A DNA stretch of 64,000 nt, taken from a virus (lineage: Duplodnaviria > Caudoviricetes). The DNA lies in IMG/VR virus record IMGVR_UViG_3300037722_000745, positions 160,001-224,000 of that record; one strand, 5' to 3'. Shown here piece by piece: positions 57,705 to 64,000 of the stretch (position 1 is the first letter of the stretch; each line of letters opens with the position of its first letter). A program made the translations under genes and the position numbers. The notes beneath the pieces were generated by a model. That model was not told the DNA's origin and ran no database searches. It saw only the letters and a list, made by a program, of their open reading frames with translations.

Positions 57705-58179
57705 GTCTCGCCGCAGCGAGCAATCAGGATCGGTCCCCAGCGGCTGATTCCTGCCGGAGGCAGTCACGCCTACTCCGCGTCTCGCCGCAGCGAGCAATCA
57801 GGATCGGTCCCCAGCTGATCATCACGATTCAGCTGCCGGCATCCGCTTCAAGTCTCGCCGCAGCGAGCAATCAGGATCGGTCCCCAGGACGTCCTCGAGA
57901 TCAACGGCAACGAGTACGACGCGAGGTCTCGCCGCAGCGAGCAATCAGGATCGGTCCCCAGCTACGGCGTCCGACGTGATGAGCGTGGCCGCGAGAACGT
58001 CTCGCCGCAGCGAGCAATCAGGATCGGTCCCCAGCAGCGTGCGAGCTGCGGATCGGTGGCTGCAGCCTTGTGTCTCGCCGCAGCGAGCAATCAGGATCGG
58101 TCCCCAGCTGCAAAAACTGGACTTCGCGTTATATGCCGTCCTCGTCTCGCCGCAGCGAGCAATCAGGATCGGTCCCCAG
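57705..58179 (-). CRISPR. Cas12j CRISPR array: 7 identical 36-bp repeats, 6 spacers (36-38 bp)
   Basis: Repeat CTGGGGACCGATCCTGATTGCTCGCTGCGGCGAGAC at + starts 57705, 57779, 57852, 57926, 57999, 58072, 58144; the ATTG-hairpin-AC 3' end is typical of CasPhi repeats. Confidence 0.98.
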
Positions 58180-58210
58180 GGCTCCAGTGGAAGCCCAGAC
58201 ATTCCAATCG

Positions 58211-58239
58211 GTTATAAGCCGCATTGCGAGCGGTCCCAA
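58211..58239 (-). promoter_or_regulatory. Possible sigma70-type array promoter in the leader
   Basis: TTGGGA-N17-TATAAC about 30 nt upstream of the first repeat. Confidence 0.35.
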
Positions 58240-58307
58240 GTACCACAGATTCAGATGTCAAAGAACACGGGCGGAAAGTGCCCAGGGTGTGGGCTAAACG
58301 ACCGAAT

Positions 58308-60464
58308 TCACTCAGCCGCGAGAGACTCCAGGGGGGTAGACGCCACTGAGGCTCTCGCGGCTTTCCGGAGGGATACACCAGTGATGGCTACCATCGCGAT
58401 ATTATAGGCAGCCACATCGATGTCCGCGTTCCCACGGTACCCGCAACAAACACATATGAAAGCTTCACGATTGACTCGGTCTCGATTGGCCTTGTCACAG
58501 TGCCCGCACTCGGGGCACGTCCGTGATGTATTATACGGATCCACTTTGATCACCCGATAGCCTCGGTGCACAGCCAAGTCGCAGAACGCTCCGAAGAGAG
58601 CGTCCATGAGCCACCGCCCTTCCTGTTTGGCTGCGAAGAAACCACCCCACCCTGACTTACGGCTCCCCTTCCCGCCTCTACGGAAGCTGTGATGAAGGTC
58701 CTCGACCGCTACGATGACCTTTCCGCACTGAGCCCGCTTCTCGGCTGTCCTAATGACGTAGTTGACGCAGTGTCGCGACAACTCCTTCTTGCGGATGGAT
58801 AGCTGGTGGTACTTCGAGCTGTTCCTTTCAGCCTCCCATTTGGCTTCGTTCAGTGCCTTGCGGGTCTCGGATGTCAGTTGAGGCCGAAAATGCTGAGCCC
58901 AGTTCACGTCCCATCTCTTGCGAATCTCGGTCTTCCGCTTTTTCCCTTTACCCTTGAAGAAGGGGAACATGTAGAGCGTGTCGTCCACACCACGTTCCTT
59001 CGCCAAGTCAGATAGAATAGAGCTTCGACTGTTCACCTTGTCCCAGGGTACTTCATCCACCGATAGCCCGAGATGGCCACACACCTGCATCTTGGCTTGC
59101 TCTGGTCCGAAGGTATCCAACGCCAACACCTCCGCTTGTTGTTCGGCGGTCAGAGAGCGTACGGCTGCTAACCGCAAATTCTCTTGGTGCTTGTCATACG
59201 CCTTACGAAACCGGAAGAAGTCCTCTACAGTCTGCTCCGGTAACGTAAAAGCCTGCAACCGTTCTACGCACTTCCCTGGACGAATCCGTAGCGCATTCGC
59301 AGCGATCAAGTTGTTGACGCCTAGATCGACACCTACGAGGCTAAACGTCTCCGTGGTGTCATCTAGCATCTTCGACACATAGGATCCCTTCACAACCTTG
59401 GCCTTGACGACCGGCACGACCCCTTGCTTATAGATCAACGTGGCGGTGTAACGTACCGGCTTGCCCGGCTTCTTCACTACACTCAACGTGGGGTCATTCG
59501 TCACCAGATTCAGAAGACTCTCAATCGTCACCGGCACCGATCGGTCTAACAATTTGCGGTACTGTGTGTTGCGGAGAAGCCCTCGGAGATCGAGAAGTGC
59601 CCAGTCATCAGCTACCCTAACGACCGCCAACAACATGTTGTCGTCGATCGCCCCACCACGTGAGCGTGCCCAAGAAGCCCGTTTCCGACGGTGCTTCTTA
59701 ACGGAAAGATTTTCTCGATCCCATGGGGGTACATACCCCGGTTGACCTTCAGGTATCTCTAGCCGATCTACACCACAAGCGGCGATGGGTGTTGACGGAT
59801 CTCGGCTATAACCCGTCACCCCAGGAATGGACCCAGGCACATAGGGCTTCAACTTCATATGCTGGTACCCAAACACGCTACAGTTGATCCCCGGGCGGTG
59901 CCGCAGATGACCTGTCTCATCGAGGGCCGTTTCAGGTTCGTCGAGTGTTAGAAGAGGTAGGCCACGTTCTGCCCGATGCTCGTTCCGCTGTTCAATCTTT
60001 GCTACCTTTTTGCTGTTGCGATTCTCAACCTTCTTGAGAACCCCCTCGTAGGTGGCCCGAGCGTTTTGGAAAATCAGGTTGAGACCTTGGACATTGAAGT
60101 ACCCGTCCGTGTCCACCCGCGTAGCCTTAAGCCAGGCCCTAAGCCCTGCTTCAGACTTCCCAGGATCCGTAGCCTTGAACTCCTCGTAACTCTGAGCATA
60201 GACGTACTTCTGGATCACCACCGACGCTTTGTAGATCGGCCACTCCTCCAAAGGCCGACTCATCGCCACGATGTTACACTTCACCGGAGGTTTGAAATTA
60301 GGCTGTGTTGTGCCCCCCTTTCCTTCAAGAAAGGCCACAGCAGCGCCTTCGCCTTTCGACTTGAGGATCCTACCAGCCTGCCTCGAGTCATGTTTTTTGA
60401 ACCGCAGCCCAGGGAAGGACTTCTTACAGAGGGCGACGAGTGGGGTTTCCTTTTTGTCTGGCAC
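58308..60464 (-). CDS. cas12j: Cas12j (CasPhi) type V effector, 718 aa
   Basis: CasPhi-like N-terminus (FKPPVKCNIV..SRPLEEWP, VQGLNLIF.NA..YEGVL, DRLEIPEGQPGYVP), RuvC VGVDLG, VAVEDL, TSRTCPECG..CVCCG..ADIDVAA; adjacent array; no cas1/cas2. Confidence 0.95.
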   Translation of the reverse strand: MPDKKETPLVALCKKSFPGLRFKKHDSRQAGRILKSKGEGAAVAFLEGKGGTTQPNFKPPVKCNIVAMSRPLEEWPIYKASVVIQKYVYAQSYEEFKATDPGKSEAGLRAWLKATRVDTDGYFNVQGLNLIFQNARATYEGVLKKVENRNSKKVAKIEQRNEHRAERGLPLLTLDEPETALDETGHLRHRPGINCSVFGYQHMKLKPYVPGSIPGVTGYSRDPSTPIAACGVDRLEIPEGQPGYVPPWDRENLSVKKHRRKRASWARSRGGAIDDNMLLAVVRVADDWALLDLRGLLRNTQYRKLLDRSVPVTIESLLNLVTNDPTLSVVKKPGKPVRYTATLIYKQGVVPVVKAKVVKGSYVSKMLDDTTETFSLVGVDLGVNNLIAANALRIRPGKCVERLQAFTLPEQTVEDFFRFRKAYDKHQENLRLAAVRSLTAEQQAEVLALDTFGPEQAKMQVCGHLGLSVDEVPWDKVNSRSSILSDLAKERGVDDTLYMFPFFKGKGKKRKTEIRKRWDVNWAQHFRPQLTSETRKALNEAKWEAERNSSKYHQLSIRKKELSRHCVNYVIRTAEKRAQCGKVIVAVEDLHHSFRRGGKGSRKSGWGGFFAAKQEGRWLMDALFGAFCDLAVHRGYRVIKVDPYNTSRTCPECGHCDKANRDRVNREAFICVCCGYRGNADIDVAAYNIAMVAITGVSLRKAARASVASTPLESLAAE

Positions 60465-60473
60465 CCGGAGGCC

Positions 60474-60481
60474 CTACACCA
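60474..60481 (-). promoter_or_regulatory. GGTGTAG motif 9 nt upstream of cas12j GTG
   Basis: TGATTGGTGTAGGGCCTCCGGGTG; no Shine-Dalgarno. Confidence 0.55.
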
Positions 60482-60482
60482 A

Positions 60483-60821
60483 TCAGATGCGAGTCTTGCC
60501 CTTTGGCCGCGGAATCGTGGCGTCATGCAGCCGAAAGCCCAGCTTTGCCTGACCCAACCACGCAAGGACCTGAAGCGTCGGATGGGCCACCAGGTTGTGG
60601 AAGGCCCACGCATGCCTGGCAACCCTGAAGCGCTTGCCTTCGATCATCGCCGGCCGAAGATCCATCACAAGGTCGAGCGCTTGCTGTCCTTCAACCACGT
60701 ACAAGCCGCTGTCTCGCGTGTAGACTTTGACCCTCAAGTGTCTCTCCAACTCTGCACAATCCACCTGGAGAATCGCCTCCCGAAGGATGAGCTGGTCGAG
60801 CACTTTCACGTGAAACGACAC
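60483..60821 (-). CDS. Hypothetical phage protein (probable GTG start 60821)
   Basis: WAFHNLVAHP.LQVL.W.G....RLHDATIP; the start overlaps the upstream TAG (TAGTG). Confidence 0.6.
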   Translation of the reverse strand: MSFHVKVLDQLILREAILQVDCAELERHLRVKVYTRDSGLYVVEGQQALDLVMDLRPAMIEGKRFRVARHAWAFHNLVAHPTLQVLAWLGQAKLGFRLHDATIPRPKGKTRI

Positions 60822-61003
60822 TACTCTGCCCCGAGGAACTGCATCACGATCCGATGTGCATGCTCCGATTCCTGTTGAAACTGCCGCCGCCAGAAAGCGC
60901 TGTCGCGCTCGTGCATTTTCCGCCGCTGACACTCCGACAGCCAGAGATAGCCAAACAGAACGGTTCCGATCCCCATCAACGCACAGAAAGCCATACTGCT
61001 CAC
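60821..61003 (-). CDS. Small membrane protein
   Basis: Hydrophobic N-terminal helix, 60 aa. Confidence 0.5.
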   Translation of the reverse strand: MSSMAFCALMGIGTVLFGYLWLSECQRRKMHERDSAFWRRQFQQESEHAHRIVMQFLGAE

Positions 61004-61213
61004 CTACACCGGATCGTCGGAATCCTTGAAGCCGGGTAGAAACTGCACCCCAGTCGTGAATTCGATCGCCGGCCGCCAAGTCATGCCACAGTGCTGACAC
61101 GAATGCGTATGATGGAATTTTGTAGCGAACTCGCCTTGGTCGATATGACGCTTACCGCACTCTGGACACCACAAGAGCAGCGGTATAACCAGGGGTTCAG
61201 ATTCAGGGGTCAC
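61004..61213 (-). CDS. Small Cys/His metal-binding phage protein
   Basis: CPECGKRHID..HHTHSCQHCGMTWRP. Confidence 0.65.
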   Translation of the reverse strand: MTPESEPLVIPLLLWCPECGKRHIDQGEFATKFHHTHSCQHCGMTWRPAIEFTTGVQFLPGFKDSDDPV

Positions 61214-61278
61214 TCAATCCTCTTCACCTTCGCGGGCTTTGTTACACCCAGCACTCTATACACCGAACACCGACCGTC

Positions 61279-61285
61279 GGTGTAC
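61279..61285 (+). promoter_or_regulatory. GGTGTAC motif 9 nt upstream of GTG 61295
   Basis: GGTGTAC-TAACACAAC-GTG; divergent region also carries minus-strand GGTGTA copies. Confidence 0.45.
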
Positions 61286-61294
61286 TAACACAAC

Positions 61295-61720
61295 GTGGCA
61301 GTGTCGCGAGAAGAAAGCCGGCGGCGTTATAACCAATCCCCAAAAGGGCGAGCTAACGCCAGCCGCCACGCAAAGAGCCCCAAGGCAAAAGCGAGGCGCC
61401 AGAAATGGATGCGGACGCCCAAGGGCAAGGCAGTTCAACGTCAGTACAAGGAACGTCGCCGGGCCTGGATGCAGGCAGAAAAACTTCGCCGTGGTTGTAT
61501 TGACTGCGGCTACAACAAGCATCCCGCAGCACTCGACTTCGATCACATTGTCGGGGAGAAAAAATTCGCCCTATCGAAGGTGTCGCGAAGCCTAGAGGCC
61601 CTCAAAGATGAGATTGCCAAGTGTGTAGTTCGCTGCTCGAACTGCCACCGCATCCGAACTTTCGAGATCCGGCAGTCCGCAGTGGACAAACGCACCCTAC
61701 GCATGGAGAAGGACGCAGCT
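61295..61720 (+). CDS. HNH endonuclease, in frame with the downstream vWA gene
   Basis: CIDCG..ALDFDH...CVVRCSNCHRIRT; no stop before vWA ATG 61721. Confidence 0.75.
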
Positions 61721-62708
61721 ATGTCAAGTACCGCCTACACACTCAGCAGAGATCTATTTCTAATCAAGCAGGTTCTGAGCCAGAACACCCCACCAACCGC
61801 TGCCGTCGAAACGGCAATCAATCATCTCGTTGTGATTGATTGCAGCGGCAGCATGTCCTGGGATCTGCCGAAGATCCGCGAGCAACTCAAACGCAAAGTT
61901 CCGAAACTACTGAAGGAGCAGGACACCATCTCGATCATCTGGTTCAGCGGCCGGCGGCAATTCGGGACGCTGTTGGAAGCCGAGCCCGTCGCAACGCTGG
62001 TCGACCTCCAGGATGTTGAGAGAGCCATCGATCGCTGGCTCAAGCCCGTGGGGCTCACCGGATTCAGGGAACCCCTCGAAGAGGCCGCCAAGGTCGTCGA
62101 GCGCGTGTCCAAGGCTCGCAAGGGTTCGGTCGCCTCTTTGTTCTTCATGTCCGACGGCTGTGACAACCAGTGGGACCGGGCCGAGATCCTCAAGGCCACC
62201 GAGACAGCCGCTGGAGGGTTCGCTTCCACAACTTTCGTCGAGTACGGCTACTACGCCGACCGGCCCCTGCTCACCGCCATGGCCGAGAAGTCGGGCCACG
62301 GACTTCTACATGGGCAAGGAACTGAAGGTCAACCTCAAAGGGTTGTCTTCGCTGCCGAGCCTCAACGATGTCCGCAAGCAACGCGACAAGGGTAAGTTCA
62401 ACGCAGGCGGCGAACTCATGAAGCCCGTGTTGGAATTGGTCGAGAGCTTCCTCGACAGCGATGCTTACAAGCAGGCCGCGGACAAGGACGCCGTCCTGAA
62501 GGCGTGGCTCGAAGGGCAGACCAAAGCCGCCAAAGCCAAGACCCGCGAGCACCTCTACAAGATGGCCGAAGTCTCGTTCGCCCTCATCGTCGGTCAGACG
62601 TGGTTCAGCGAGTTTAACTCTCTCGATGAGAACTCGCTTACCATCACGGTCGATGGTAAGGACATCCCATGCAAGGCCGAGATGCGTGAGATCGAGGTCA
62701 AGATCTAG
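61721..62708 (+). pseudogene. vWA-domain gene with internal deletion/frameshift
   Basis: MIDAS DCSGSMS, SDG; frame switches near 62293-62297 to a coherent C-terminus (TDFYMGKEL...WFSEFNSLDE...EIEVKI). Confidence 0.6.
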
Positions 62709-62734
62709 AGCGGTCCAACTACGGAGCGGACACG

Positions 62735-63034
62735 TTAATCACCGAGACGAGACAACACCTCAGCAAGCATGTCCTTGATGACTGGGATGTGCCGGGTATT
62801 CGTAGCTAGCTCTCGCACATCATCTCGCAAAAACTGAACTTCCTTCTGGAGTATTCGTGTTTGCGCCCCTAGAGCGGTCACATCCAGCCCTGAAGCAACC
62901 AAATCTTGACGCAACAATTGCAGTTCAGAACAAACTGCCTTCAGCGCTTCTAGCGAAGGGTTCAGCGGATCGCGTTGTTCCAAACGACGAATCTCCATAC
63001 CGACCCGGTCCGTTTCGTCACCGCTGCCGCCCAT
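62735..63034 (-). CDS. Small coiled-coil hypothetical protein
   Basis: 99 aa, heptad-like. Confidence 0.45.
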   Translation of the reverse strand: MGGSGDETDRVGMEIRRLEQRDPLNPSLEALKAVCSELQLLRQDLVASGLDVTALGAQTRILQKEVQFLRDDVRELATNTRHIPVIKDMLAEVLSRLGD

Positions 63035-63071
63035 ACTTGGTGTGGGTCAACACAAAGAATATGGTAACGAG

Positions 63072-63100
63072 AGGCGTCACCCCTCAGGGTGACGCCTTTA
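63072..63100 (+). terminator. 11-bp hairpin followed by TTTA
   Basis: AGGCGTCACCC-CTCA-GGGTGACGCCT-TTA. Confidence 0.5.
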
Positions 63101-63412
63101 TAAGAACAACCTGAATAGGAACTCGGTGTGAGGGGAGATGCCACCTGTTTTGTCCGGTAGCCCGCCAAAGCCTAACCGAAACCAACTAGACTTTCCGTGG
63201 CGCCGCCTAGGTAGAACACCCACTCTTGCGGGCTTGCCAGCTCGGTTCGCCACGGAATACCGCCTTGGCTGCCCCCTTCGGAGCGAGGAAGGCGCCCGCA
63301 AAGCCGCGGATGGGTCTACCGCATTTGGAGGGGGTTTGGCTTTTAGGTTTTCGCTAGTTGTTCAGTGTATGAGGAGGAGAAAGCCATGATCTGAGCGAAG
63401 CAGAAGGACATC

Positions 63413-63727
63413 ATGGATGTGATGCAACGAAGAACTCAGCCGAGGTGTGCCATGGGTCAGGCGCATATTAAACAGTACAAAACACTACTCGTGGAGTTAC
63501 TACTAGAGCGTGAGATAAACGGTGGTGAGCTAGGGCAAGAGGCTGAAAGTAGCTACACCGAGCGTCTGTGGGACATTTGGCGGGAACTCACCGATGAAGA
63601 ACAAGATGAAGTCGAAGAATGGGCTGCATCGTTGAACGAGCCGCTCGATGCTCCTGAGGATTTGGGATTGGTCGACACTGTGCCGGCAAGTGGACAAATG
63701 CCCAGACGACGTAAGGACGAGACCTAA
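63413..63727 (+). CDS. Hypothetical acidic protein
   Basis: 104 aa, AAGGA SD upstream. Confidence 0.55.
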   Translation: MDVMQRRTQPRCAMGQAHIKQYKTLLVELLLEREINGGELGQEAESSYTERLWDIWRELTDEEQDEVEEWAASLNEPLDAPEDLGLVDTVPASGQMPRRRKDET

Positions 63728-63850
63728 AACAACCGTAGTTGCAGAATTCACACGGTTTCTCAGAATCCACCCCTGAGGGAGGTGAAAGCCTCCCTCGTAA
63801 TTGAAACACCACTGAATAGGAATCCGGTGTCAGGTTGTGACGTGGATCGA

Positions 63851-64000
63851 CTAACCTATCGAGATCAGTCGATCCTCACCGCCGAGGTAAAAAGCCCACT
63901 CTGCAGGAGCCTTGGCGATCGGGATCGCCGGCACCGACAGAGGAAGCTCCTTGGGCCTGTACGGGCGTCTAAGCAACTTCATCTTGGCTTGCTCCGGCGT
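63851..64000 (-). CDS. 3' end of a hypothetical gene (partial)
   Basis: Open frame TPEQAKMKLL...PAEWAFYLGGEDRLISIG* from the right edge. Confidence 0.5.
   Translation of the reverse strand, partial: TPEQAKMKLLRRPYRPKELPLSVPAIPIAKAPAEWAFYLGGEDRLISIG

Noticed and set aside
59976-60878. 300-aa plus-strand ORF antisense to cas12j (and many similar 60-180 aa antisense ORFs in the track)
   Set aside because: Shadow frames of well-supported minus-strand genes, with no recognisable motifs or RBS.

Overview
64 kb of a large (jumbo/'Biggiephage'-like) dsDNA phage genome, read almost entirely on the minus strand. All calls are from motif recognition by eye; no database search was run. 1-21 kb is virion morphogenesis: a prohead protease with 2 inteins (runs off the left edge, absent from the ORF track), a portal with 1 intein, large terminase, three tandem paralogues and an Ig-like protein. 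21-52 kb is transcription, replication and recombination: sigma-like factor, NusG/5'-3' exonuclease fusion, DnaX/HolA/HolB plus beta clamp, primase, a Rad50/SbcC split into two genes, Mre11, RecA, RuvC, SSB, RecD2, LigA, class II RNR with 2 inteins, and GroEL. 52-64 kb is an accessory/conflict island: a type I-E-like repeat cluster interrupted by a 3.2 kb TIR-bounded, transposase-less cargo element (TA genes, AAA ATPase, an allo-tRNA-like gene with CUA anticodon), orphan antitoxins, a tnpB stub, RtcB, and Cas12j (CasPhi) with a 7-repeat array. The most striking observation is a second Cas12j repeat-spacer-repeat unit 23 kb from cas12j. It fills the intergenic gap between ssb and ruvC, and its 'spacer' is antisense to the downstream repeat plus the ruvC translation-start region. 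This suggests Cas12j-linked RNA-level control of the phage recombination operon (inference, untested).
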